A DNA stretch of 64,000 nt, taken from assembly GCA_964012805.1 (NCBI GenBank), contig CAXGUD010000006.1, positions 76,309 through 140,308 on the forward strand, read 5' to 3'. The notes beneath the pieces are model-generated. The model did not search any database and was not told the DNA's origin. It saw nothing but the letters and a program-made list of their open reading frames with translations. The position numbers and the translations under genes were made by a program. The DNA is from an uncultured Bacteriovoracaceae bacterium (GTDB lineage Bacteria; Bdellovibrionota; Bacteriovoracia; Bacteriovoracales; Bacteriovoracaceae). Positions 47,842 to 56,652 of the stretch are shown piece by piece (the stretch's first letter is position 1; every line of letters starts with the position of its first letter).

Positions 47842-47935
47842 AATAAAAACCTTGTTTGAGACAAAGAGTTCCTACCACTTTTTTAAAAAGACGCCAAATG
47901 AATGAGCGGCAAATTAATTTTAAGAAGAAATAAAG

Positions 47936-48916
47936 CTACTCTACTGCCGTAACTTTCCAGAGAAGGTTGGAGGTTGGAGATGAAGAAGATGACCATGTGA
48001 CGCCATCGCTTGATTTATAAATGATGCCATTACTACCAACTGCAACAAAAAGGGAGTCTCCATAGGTAACACCACGAAAGTCCTCCCCAGAACCGATCGA
48101 TCGGTCTGTCCAATCTGTGCCGTTTGTTGAATAGATTATGGTTGTTGATCTTCCTACGGAGAGAAGTTTTCCGCCACCGTAGACAATATCCGTGAGGTTT
48201 GTGCTTACACCAGTAGTTAGTTGAGTCCAGTTAAAAAAATCACTGGACTTTATAACAAGACCACTGTCGCCAACGGCATAAAGGTTTGAACCGTCGTTTG
48301 TGATGCCTAGTAAAGACTTGTTTTGACTAAAATTTGTTCCCGAAAAGTCCCATGAACTCCCATTTGTAGAGTTTCCGATAGAGTTTCCTGTCACATTTGT
48401 GCCACAACAAGCGACTGCCACATACCTGCTATTAAAATAGGTTGAATCTGAAAGCTCTCTTTGTGTTGAGGTTGCGATTTTGTTCCAAGTGCTACCATCT
48501 GATGAAGTTAGGATAATCGAGCTACCACCCGTTGTTTCGTTTCCTGCTACGATAACAAATAAGCCGTTGCCATAAAAAATACCAATAAGATTGGCACTTG
48601 TTCCAGTCGAAATGCTTTCCCAAGACTCACCGTCGGTTGATTTGAGGAGTAAACCGCTTCTTCCGACAGCATAGAAATTGCTGTTTATATATTTTACATC
48701 AAAAAGCTCTGTAGAGGTTCCCGAAGTCTGCGTTTCCCAACTAGAGCCATCAGTAGAGGTTATAATAGTTCCTTGCTGGCCTACTGCTACAAACTTGATT
48801 GAAGCTGGAGTATCGTTATTCTCTGTTCCGCTACTGCTACCACCTGAAGATGACCCCCCACAATTAAGAAATAGAAGGTGGCTTATTAAGAGAATAACTA
48901 GTGAGCTCAATTTCAT
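47936..48916 (-). CDS. Ser/Thr-rich lipoprotein with BNR/YCF48-like beta-propeller repeats
   Basis: Lipobox FLNC; repeated FVAVG..G.I..S.DG..W units. Confidence 0.85.
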   Translation of the reverse strand: MKLSSLVILLISHLLFLNCGGSSSGGSSSGTENNDTPASIKFVAVGQQGTIITSTDGSSWETQTSGTSTELFDVKYINSNFYAVGRSGLLLKSTDGESWESISTGTSANLIGIFYGNGLFVIVAGNETTGGSSIILTSSDGSTWNKIATSTQRELSDSTYFNSRYVAVACCGTNVTGNSIGNSTNGSSWDFSGTNFSQNKSLLGITNDGSNLYAVGDSGLVIKSSDFFNWTQLTTGVSTNLTDIVYGGGKLLSVGRSTTIIYSTNGTDWTDRSIGSGEDFRGVTYGDSLFVAVGSNGIIYKSSDGVTWSSSSSPTSNLLWKVTAVE

Positions 48917-49144
48917 AAAACTCTCTTAAGATTAATAGATTTCTAACTACTGTAAGCTTTTTTATAACATGATAAGAGAAATAATTTTGACAATTTTTTG
49001 GGTGCAAGCCAATAAAAAATTCTGTTTACATCGTTTTGAATTGATCATCTAGCGTGAATTATTATCTAGATAAATAACTTATTTTAAAAAATGATATAAT
49101 ATGAGGTTATACCAAAGTATCAGCAGAGAAATTATTGTATGTTT

Positions 49145-50767
49145 TCATATGCTCAAGTTATTTTTAAATTTTTCTTTTAGGGCCTTTTCCTTTTTGTGGA
49201 AAGGAAGGTTTAAAGTGACTTCTGTATATTTTCCCTCTTCAGATTGAAGTTCAATGGAACCACCAACTTTTTCGATCATTTTTTTTGTAATGAAGAGACC
49301 TATACCAGAACTTGCTGTATCGTTTGTTTGGAATGGCTTGTCAAATATATCCTTAAGCTTATTTTGCTGAATGCCCGAACCAAAATCGATGACTTTTATT
49401 TCAACTCTAAAGTGTTTTTTTTCTTTAATTACGATAATAATCTTTTTTTCAAGGTGATCCTCTTTTTGATAGGAGTTATATGAATTGTTAAACAAATTCA
49501 GAAAAACCTGAAAAAAATTATTTGCATGATCTGCAACGAAGTATTCAGAGTCTATATCACCTTTTAATTCTAAGGAAACTTTATCCTTAAGTGGAAGATG
49601 GAATATTTCATTGGCAAATTTAATGGTTTCTATCAAGTTACTCCTAACTTTTGTTGATTGAAGATTCTTAGTAAAAGACTTAAGCCTTTCAATTAAAGTT
49701 TTTATGGCATTACTCGCTTCTAATGACTTTGAAGTAAGTTCAGTATTTTCCAAAAAGGCTTTATCTTCTCCATATTTTTGTTTTAAATTTTCGTTATTTT
49801 CTTCAATAAGATCTAGATTTAAAATAATAGAGGAAAGGGGGTTAAAAATATCATGGGCGCAACCAGCAGCTGAAAGACCTAGGTGGACTAGTTTCTCTTT
49901 CTGGGCAACTTCTTTTTCTTTAAGTATAGATTCAGTTGTGTCTAAAAAGCTTAAAAAATACATACGAAGTGCTGGGCTATACCAAGTATGGATTTGAAAG
50001 ATTGAGTTTTTATCTTTTTTTAAGAAATAATTAGGAACTTTAACAGCGTTTTTTATAAGAAAGTAATTCGTTTTTTTCTTAAGCTGCCTAAACTCCACTT
50101 TACTTTCAAAAAGAAAAGGGACTATGAGTTTACAATCTTTTCCCAAGCTTAAAAAATCCTTGAAGGTATTTTTCCATTCTGGGTTAATATCAAGTATTTC
50201 TCCTTTTTCACTAATAAGAGCGCGGGCAACACCTCCATAGTCATAAACTTCTCTATATTGATGCTCCATTTTAATTAACTTCTTGTAGGTTTGTTTCTTT
50301 TCAAACTGAAGGTAAGTCCAGGTTTTTAAGGTTTTATGGCCATGGTAATGATTCAGGATAAAAATGTTAATTAGAAGGAAAAAAATAAATAATTCCTGAT
50401 AGAAAATATGAGGGGCTACATTTTGATTTAAAAATATATAAAGACCCATTTGGAGGACTGTTAAGAGTGTTAGCTGGTTGATTTTAAATGGAAGAAAGCC
50501 TGCTACTAAAAGGTAAGGACAAAAAATAACTGCTCTATAAATAACATCAAACGATTTTGGATGATTTAAAAGATTGTCTAAGTATAAATTTATAAAAAAA
50601 ATGATCCAAAAAATGCTTAAAAATGGTCTTTGGGCCACTGGTTTAAATTTGATGGCGGTTAAAATTATTGGTAGAACACCTAGGCAAAACAGACTGAGTA
50701 TCGAAAAATCCATTGGTAATTGTAGATAGAAATAAACCATTAATAAATATATTGGTGTAGCGAGCAT
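49145..50767 (-). CDS. Membrane sensor histidine kinase (true start possibly further upstream)
   Basis: Several N-terminal TM helices; H-box AHDIFNPL, N-box QVFLNLFNNS, DFGSGI, GIGLFIT. Confidence 0.9.
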   Translation of the reverse strand: MLATPIYLLMVYFYLQLPMDFSILSLFCLGVLPIILTAIKFKPVAQRPFLSIFWIIFFINLYLDNLLNHPKSFDVIYRAVIFCPYLLVAGFLPFKINQLTLLTVLQMGLYIFLNQNVAPHIFYQELFIFFLLINIFILNHYHGHKTLKTWTYLQFEKKQTYKKLIKMEHQYREVYDYGGVARALISEKGEILDINPEWKNTFKDFLSLGKDCKLIVPFLFESKVEFRQLKKKTNYFLIKNAVKVPNYFLKKDKNSIFQIHTWYSPALRMYFLSFLDTTESILKEKEVAQKEKLVHLGLSAAGCAHDIFNPLSSIILNLDLIEENNENLKQKYGEDKAFLENTELTSKSLEASNAIKTLIERLKSFTKNLQSTKVRSNLIETIKFANEIFHLPLKDKVSLELKGDIDSEYFVADHANNFFQVFLNLFNNSYNSYQKEDHLEKKIIIVIKEKKHFRVEIKVIDFGSGIQQNKLKDIFDKPFQTNDTASSGIGLFITKKMIEKVGGSIELQSEEGKYTEVTLNLPFHKKEKALKEKFKNNLSI

Positions 50768-51005
50768 TGAAAAGTAGGATAATATTCTTAATCTGCTTTC
50801 TAAAAGAAACTTAACGTTGGATTCGTAGTTTTCACTCCAAGGATTTCTTGTGTTTTTATTTATAATTTTGTGTCCCGTTTTATGGTCAAAACCTTACTTC
50901 CTCAGTTTATCAATCTGTTTGTCGTCCAGTAAACATTTTTTGCGGTTTTGACCTTAATTGATGATGGCCTTTCGATTTTTTTTATGGGGGGGAAGGTCCT
51001 TCTTT

Positions 51006-52598
51006 TTAAAGGTTATAAGTTAAGCCTACCCCCATGATATGTTTTGTATAAGAGGAAGATGAGTCTTTGGAAACCTTCTTTGTATAAGCATAATTGATAT
51101 TGGTGCTTAAGTTTTTCCAGGGCTTGGTTATTGTTAAACTAGGGTCGTGTGAGCTTTCAATGCCTTTTGTGGAATCGAAGACGTTGTTTGTTATTGAAAA
51201 AGAATAACTTGGGGCAAGACTGAGTCCCCAAAAGGACTTTTTGGTAAAAGTTGGGGCAAAACTAAGCTTATATTCATCAGTATCACTACTTGGTGCCTCT
51301 TTATAAACATTAAAATCAGCATTAAAAGTGACGGCCAGGTTTAATGTTTTTCCTAATTTTAAGTTTTGATTGAGATTGATTGTCATTGCATTACTATCAA
51401 GACTTGTTGAGTAGGCTTCCTTTTTTTTAAACTTAAATTTGAAAGCTGTACTGCCTGTTGAAAATAGTTGAAACTCATGGCCAATTGAAAGAAGGAGGTG
51501 TTTTGAATAATAAACTAACTTTTTTGTTGAGTTGGGGTCTTGCAATGTGTGGTTGTATTCTAAATCCACCATTGTTTTAGACATTTTGTTAAAAGTAGTT
51601 TGTTCCCAGATAAAAGAAAAAGCAGAATCAACAGAAAGGTTATCATTTTGGTAAATACTTGGATTGTCCCTTTGGATGTGTTGTTTTGTTGAAAAACCTA
51701 GGCTTGTAATGAAGCTATAAGTTTTTTTTGCATTAAATTGATATTTTAGGTTTGTTGAAAGTTCGGTAAAGGAAGCCGATTCTAAAGAGGGATCCTCGCT
51801 AGATACTGACAGAATATTTGAGTCATTTTTCCCTCCAACGCTGAGGTTTCCGGAGAAGGGTTTTTTGGGAATAGGTCTCCCATTAATCATCTTTCCTGGG
51901 AGATCTATTTTATGTTTTACTTTAATTTCATTTATTCTTTGGACAACTTTGGCCGTTAAAGGGGCTTCCTGTTTATAAAGCCTGGCTTTTTCAAATTGAG
52001 GTAAAATAGTTTTTATAACAAGTCTTTTAAGTCTTTGTTCATTTTTAGTTTGTAGCGTTTTTTTGTAATTAAGGTTGGCAATTTGAAAAAGTGCAGGTTT
52101 TTTTAGTTTGTCGTTGTCATTTTTAATCCGAAGAATTCTTTTGTAGTACTTTTTGGCTTTCTTGTTATCCTCTAGGAGCTCACTAATAATTCCCGAGTAA
52201 TAGTAAGAAGGGGCTTCTTTATACTTGTTTCTAATGGCCGATGTTAAGAATGCTTTTCGAGCAATCTCAAGGTTCTGCGAAGCGTAAAGAGACTGACCGT
52301 AAAGGTAAAACAGGTCTCCGATTTTAACTTTTCTTTTTAATGCATTTTTAAAAGAAAAATTGGCCTTTTCATATTCTTGAGTTTTGGAGTAGATTTTTCC
52401 TTCCCAGTAGCTGGCCACACCAAAAGCCTTGGGAGCTTGTTTTAATTTTCTAACTTTTTTGATTGCTTCATCATATTCAGCATTAGAGTAGTGAAAGTAA
52501 ATTTCGGCCAGGTTCTTTTTATTTTCGACCGAAGCCTCCAAAGGAACTAAAAATAGTGTTGTTATTAAAAAGAGAAATAGTTTTGTTTTTACTTTCAA
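51006..52598 (-). CDS. TPR-domain + outer-membrane beta-barrel protein
   Basis: Signal peptide; TPR-like helices (YWEGKIY, YLYGQSLY, YYSG); beta-rich C-terminal half ending GVGLTYNL. Confidence 0.75.
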   Translation of the reverse strand: MKVKTKLFLFLITTLFLVPLEASVENKKNLAEIYFHYSNAEYDEAIKKVRKLKQAPKAFGVASYWEGKIYSKTQEYEKANFSFKNALKRKVKIGDLFYLYGQSLYASQNLEIARKAFLTSAIRNKYKEAPSYYYSGIISELLEDNKKAKKYYKRILRIKNDNDKLKKPALFQIANLNYKKTLQTKNEQRLKRLVIKTILPQFEKARLYKQEAPLTAKVVQRINEIKVKHKIDLPGKMINGRPIPKKPFSGNLSVGGKNDSNILSVSSEDPSLESASFTELSTNLKYQFNAKKTYSFITSLGFSTKQHIQRDNPSIYQNDNLSVDSAFSFIWEQTTFNKMSKTMVDLEYNHTLQDPNSTKKLVYYSKHLLLSIGHEFQLFSTGSTAFKFKFKKKEAYSTSLDSNAMTINLNQNLKLGKTLNLAVTFNADFNVYKEAPSSDTDEYKLSFAPTFTKKSFWGLSLAPSYSFSITNNVFDSTKGIESSHDPSLTITKPWKNLSTNINYAYTKKVSKDSSSSYTKHIMGVGLTYNL

Positions 52599-52612
52599 GG
52601 AAGTTTCCTTCT

Positions 52613-54283
52613 TTAAATAATTTTAAAGATGATATTGGGTGGACGAACTTTTGGTGGCTTAGGAGCTGGTGGTTTAGGCGTAGGAGGAGGGGGCGGTACG
52701 GCTCCTTTATCTGGCTTTTCTCCAGGTGTTTTATTATTGTTAGGCCGCCCTTTTGATTTGCTTTTTTTATTTTTACCCTTTTTATTTTTAGTGTCTCTTC
52801 TTTGTTTTATATCACCATCAAAGCTGGCGCTTCCTTTTGCAAGTCCTTTCTCTACCTTTTTAAGGACGTCTTTAAAGTCGACTCCTTTTGATTCTTTTTC
52901 CGAAAGTGAAGTCTCTTTTTTATTTTTTTTAGAATTTGGTTTTCCTTTTTTACTCTCTTTATCTACTGTCTTTTTTTTATTTTTCTTATCCTTTTTATCC
53001 TGAATAATCCTTCCTTTTTCATTCATCTTTAGGCCTTCTGTAGCAAAGACTGGGTTTCCACTAGAGTCCAGTTTAAAGAGGAATGAGGGCATTACATAGG
53101 TTCCAGTATTCGGATCGAATTGAGAACCCCTTGGAGGCTCTATAGGAATTCCATCGGGACTGATGATGGTACCTGGCCTAAAGGATACAGGTATTGTTTT
53201 GGATTTGCTTTTTTTTGTCGGGGTTTTTAATTTATTTTTCGTTTTTTTTACCTCCTGTTTACTTTTTCCATCTAGAAATTTTGGTAGCTCTTTTTGGCCT
53301 TTATTACTTGAAGGTTTTTTTAGCTTTTTCTTAAAAGTCTCTATTAATACCTTTTTTCCAATGCTTTTTAAAATAGCCTTTTTGGCTTCACCTTCTCCTG
53401 CTGAGGCAATTTCAGGGCTCATGCCAGGGGGAACCATGGGTCGATACTTTTTTCCCTTTTTTAAGGATTTTTTCTCTTTAGTGGAGGCTTCTTTAAAGTT
53501 TTGATTTTTTTTTAATTTTTTGAATTGTCTGGGACTAAGAAGGGTTGGTACGGATGGGCCCTCGGTCTTTTTTCTTGCGTTGAAACTAGAAAAGTTACCG
53601 GCTTTTATTGACACAGCTGCTTCATCAGTGACGGCTTTTTCAAGGCGCTCCTGGAGCTCTTGGGGCCCTAGAGGTGAGCCTTCTCCGAGATTACTATCTG
53701 GTGAATTATTACTTTTTTGATCAGGAGATACTAGGTTTGAACTTTTCCCTTTAAGACCGGTTGCTAGGTCTCCAGGGTTTAGTTTGCCTAGAAGAACATC
53801 TCCTTCAAAAGTAATTGTCGTAGTAAGGTCCAAACTCGGGTTATAGATAGCGCTGAAATCAGTTCCTCTGATTCCCATTGCTGCTGTTTTTGTTTTGATG
53901 AAGAGTTTTGACTTCCCTGTCTCGGGGTCTAAAGGATTTGGGATAAATTTTGTTCGAATTTTCCCTTTAATTAGTGAAATAACACCAACCTTATCCTTAT
54001 CTTTTTCTGGTGTTTGAGTGATCTTCAAAGTACTTTTTGGGCCAATGATCGAAGTTGTCTTATCCTTAAACAAAAGCTTGGCCATACTATATTGGTATGT
54101 TTTTATGGTGGCACCTTCAGGAATCTTATCTCCTTTTTGAAGTCTCATTTTTGCTTCGGATTTTGTTGTTGTAAAGGTTACCTGGCCTCTTAGAAGAATA
54201 ACTTTTGCATGATTAGGTGAGGCAAAAGAGTTGTTTGAAAATATAAAGGAAAGAAAGAGCAGGTAACAAAATAAGCGGTGCAT
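52613..54283 (-). CDS. FecR-domain protein with Lys/Pro-rich low-complexity tail
   Basis: LRGQV, GDKI..G..IKT, IKTKTAAMGIRGTDF, TFEGDV. Confidence 0.85.
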   Translation of the reverse strand: MHRLFCYLLFLSFIFSNNSFASPNHAKVILLRGQVTFTTTKSEAKMRLQKGDKIPEGATIKTYQYSMAKLLFKDKTTSIIGPKSTLKITQTPEKDKDKVGVISLIKGKIRTKFIPNPLDPETGKSKLFIKTKTAAMGIRGTDFSAIYNPSLDLTTTITFEGDVLLGKLNPGDLATGLKGKSSNLVSPDQKSNNSPDSNLGEGSPLGPQELQERLEKAVTDEAAVSIKAGNFSSFNARKKTEGPSVPTLLSPRQFKKLKKNQNFKEASTKEKKSLKKGKKYRPMVPPGMSPEIASAGEGEAKKAILKSIGKKVLIETFKKKLKKPSSNKGQKELPKFLDGKSKQEVKKTKNKLKTPTKKSKSKTIPVSFRPGTIISPDGIPIEPPRGSQFDPNTGTYVMPSFLFKLDSSGNPVFATEGLKMNEKGRIIQDKKDKKNKKKTVDKESKKGKPNSKKNKKETSLSEKESKGVDFKDVLKKVEKGLAKGSASFDGDIKQRRDTKNKKGKNKKSKSKGRPNNNKTPGEKPDKGAVPPPPPTPKPPAPKPPKVRPPNIIFKII

Positions 54284-54797
54284 CCTTGTCCCCTCATTAT
54301 TTGATTTCTGATCATATTATTATATGATTTTTGAAATGTACAAATATTAGAAACTGTAAGCTTCTTTAATGCTTTATGTTAAAGACCCTTTGAGTTGAGT
54401 TTGGTCAATTAAAAAAAACCTTCATATTGTTTAGGATGGAAAAGAATAAGTACTTATAGAGTTTAGAAAGCTTTGGGTAGGTTTTTCTACATCTTCCAAT
54501 TTAAGACTGAACCTAGATAGTTCTTTTTGGTACAAAAAAAAATAAATAGAAGCAAGAGAGCTTTGCTCAAAGCTCTTATAATTAATGTAAAGTACTTCTT
54601 TAAGAGTGATCACACATTATATAATTAACTGAATTAAAATCAACGCTCATCTTAAATGGTTTAGTGCTTGGGTTAGACGAGTTTTGGAAAAGGCGAATAA
54701 TGCTAAGGGGTTGATAAAGTTGACTTTTTGGTGTTTAAAGAGCTTTAATTTTTTGATTAAAGGGCCTGTAAAAAAAACTTTTATTTTAAAACCTCTT

Positions 54798-55169
54798 TCA
54801 ATCATTAAAAATCTTTTTTAAAGCAGCTGAGAGCTTTTTAGGGGTTATGGGCTTAATAATCCAGCATTGAACAAAACTGAAGGCCTTAATTCTTTCATGT
54901 TTCTCACGGTCTGTTTCAGTTGTGAGCATAATTGTGTTCAGTTTTTTTATGTGGTCTTTTTTTGAAATCTCTTCAATTACTTCTTCGCCACTTAAGCCTG
55001 GCATATTATAATCAATAATTAATAAGTCAAAGTCTTTAATATTTTCAAGTTTGAAAATCGCATTAAGGCCATTTTCAGCTTCTTCAGCTTCAAATTCTTC
55101 TCCTAAAATGTTTTTAACCGCAGCTCTAACAGATGCGGAGTCATCAACAATGAGTGCTTTTCTTGCCAT
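54798..55169 (-). CDS. Single-domain response regulator (CheY-like)
   Basis: LIVDDS, IIDYNMPG, MLTT, IKP. Confidence 0.93.
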   Translation of the reverse strand: MARKALIVDDSASVRAAVKNILGEEFEAEEAENGLNAIFKLENIKDFDLLIIDYNMPGLSGEEVIEEISKKDHIKKLNTIMLTTETDREKHERIKAFSFVQCWIIKPITPKKLSAALKKIFND

Positions 55170-55327
55170 TTTAAAAGCTCCATAAAATTAAATTTCTTCG
55201 TCCTTTATCGTCAACAAAAAAAAATAAATTATTCTTAATGATTTATACTTTTTCTGAATAACTTTTATTGAAAGAAAAAATGAGCGGGTTCTTTTATTTG
55301 GTCACTTTATTAATTATAATTTTTAAT

Positions 55328-56215
55328 ATGGATCAAAAGATTTGCCTTTTTCTTATTTTATTAATTTTTTCTTCCTGTGGAGGTGGTGATGGTTCATCAT
55401 CTTCAAGCTCTGACAATAAAATCGGAGGGTGTGTTCTAACAACCGCCCGTGCCCTTCCGGGCTCTAGTTTAAAGGCCGTTTCAAGTGTATCCGCTACAGA
55501 TGGAAGTGCTACTTATGACCCTTTTACTAAAATACTCACATCTTATGGAACAACTATGCTTTCTATTGCAAGTGTAAGTGATAGTTTTGTAAGTGATATC
55601 GGAACGACAATTCAGAAAATGTTTGATTCTTCAGATGATACCGATAATGATGATCAAAATACTTTTATTGAAAATTCGTACAAGTATGCGGCCACAATAC
55701 CCCTTTTTGTTGCGACCGATTTTAATAATTTTGATTTTAAAAACAGTAAAGACAACAATAGTATTTGTGACACGATAAGCGCAGGACAGGAAAGTCGAAA
55801 TACCCAGGTTTTAGAAATAATGGAGCATATCCTCCATATTATGACTAATGTCGGATTCCACTACACCTATCCTAATGAATGGGGGCTGACAACTTCCTCA
55901 ACTTTATATACCTGTATGCAAGAAGCTATCAATTCCAATTATTTCAATGCTTCAAGCTATGATAATATGGACGCCGAAGTTAAAATCCGGATTAAGTTAC
56001 AGGAATTCGCTTATTGGTTCATTTCAAGTGCATGGGGACTACAAACAACTTATGGTGATAACGATACGAGTGAATGGACTTTAAAAAGTCAGTCTGCACT
56101 TCAATCTAATATGTCGAGTTGCTATTCAACCCTAATGAGTACAGTTAATAAGGTAATCATTCCTCCGAGCAATACTTTTCTCAATACTTTAGGTGATGAC
56201 CACAAATCTGACTAA
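55328..56215 (+). CDS. Ser/Thr/Asp-rich lipoprotein, possibly zincin-like
   Basis: Lipobox FSSC; EIMEHILH and downstream QEFAYW. Confidence 0.55.
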   Translation: MDQKICLFLILLIFSSCGGGDGSSSSSSDNKIGGCVLTTARALPGSSLKAVSSVSATDGSATYDPFTKILTSYGTTMLSIASVSDSFVSDIGTTIQKMFDSSDDTDNDDQNTFIENSYKYAATIPLFVATDFNNFDFKNSKDNNSICDTISAGQESRNTQVLEIMEHILHIMTNVGFHYTYPNEWGLTTSSTLYTCMQEAINSNYFNASSYDNMDAEVKIRIKLQEFAYWFISSAWGLQTTYGDNDTSEWTLKSQSALQSNMSSCYSTLMSTVNKVIIPPSNTFLNTLGDDHKSD

Positions 56216-56652
56216 TTTGAAAAAAAATGAGTGAAACGGAGTTCATTACTTAGAATTTGAAGCTAAATAGAAAAATTAAAACAAAACCTAATTTTTGGAG
56301 AAAAATATATAAATATTAGGTCTATTTTATATCTTTAAAAAGGACAGGAGCTACCCCAATCTTCTCGGCTTTTGAGGCCATCAATGCTTTGACCCCAAAT
56401 AAAAACAAGAATTCCGATAGAAAAAGCAATAATGTTTTTTTAGGCCTTTATGTTTAGGTGATGGATAGTTTCTATAATTTAAAATTATTGAAATCAATTC
56501 TTTTTAAAGAAATTCCAATAATTTCCTTTGAAAAAAATAAGAAACTATACTTATTTAGATATTTTAATAAGTATTTAGGTCCTTCTAAAACGATAAAATG
56601 TTGTAAAATATGGGAGCAAATTCAAGAACTCGATTCATACTGGAGTCAAATC

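Noticed and set aside
52629..53720. Plus-strand ORFs rich in Phe/Leu/Gly
   Set aside because: Antisense shadows of the Lys/Pro-rich FecR gene.
56458..56652. 65-codon N-terminal extension of paralog A
   Set aside because: The RBS and signal peptide point to ATG 56653; the extension is AT-rich promoter-like DNA.
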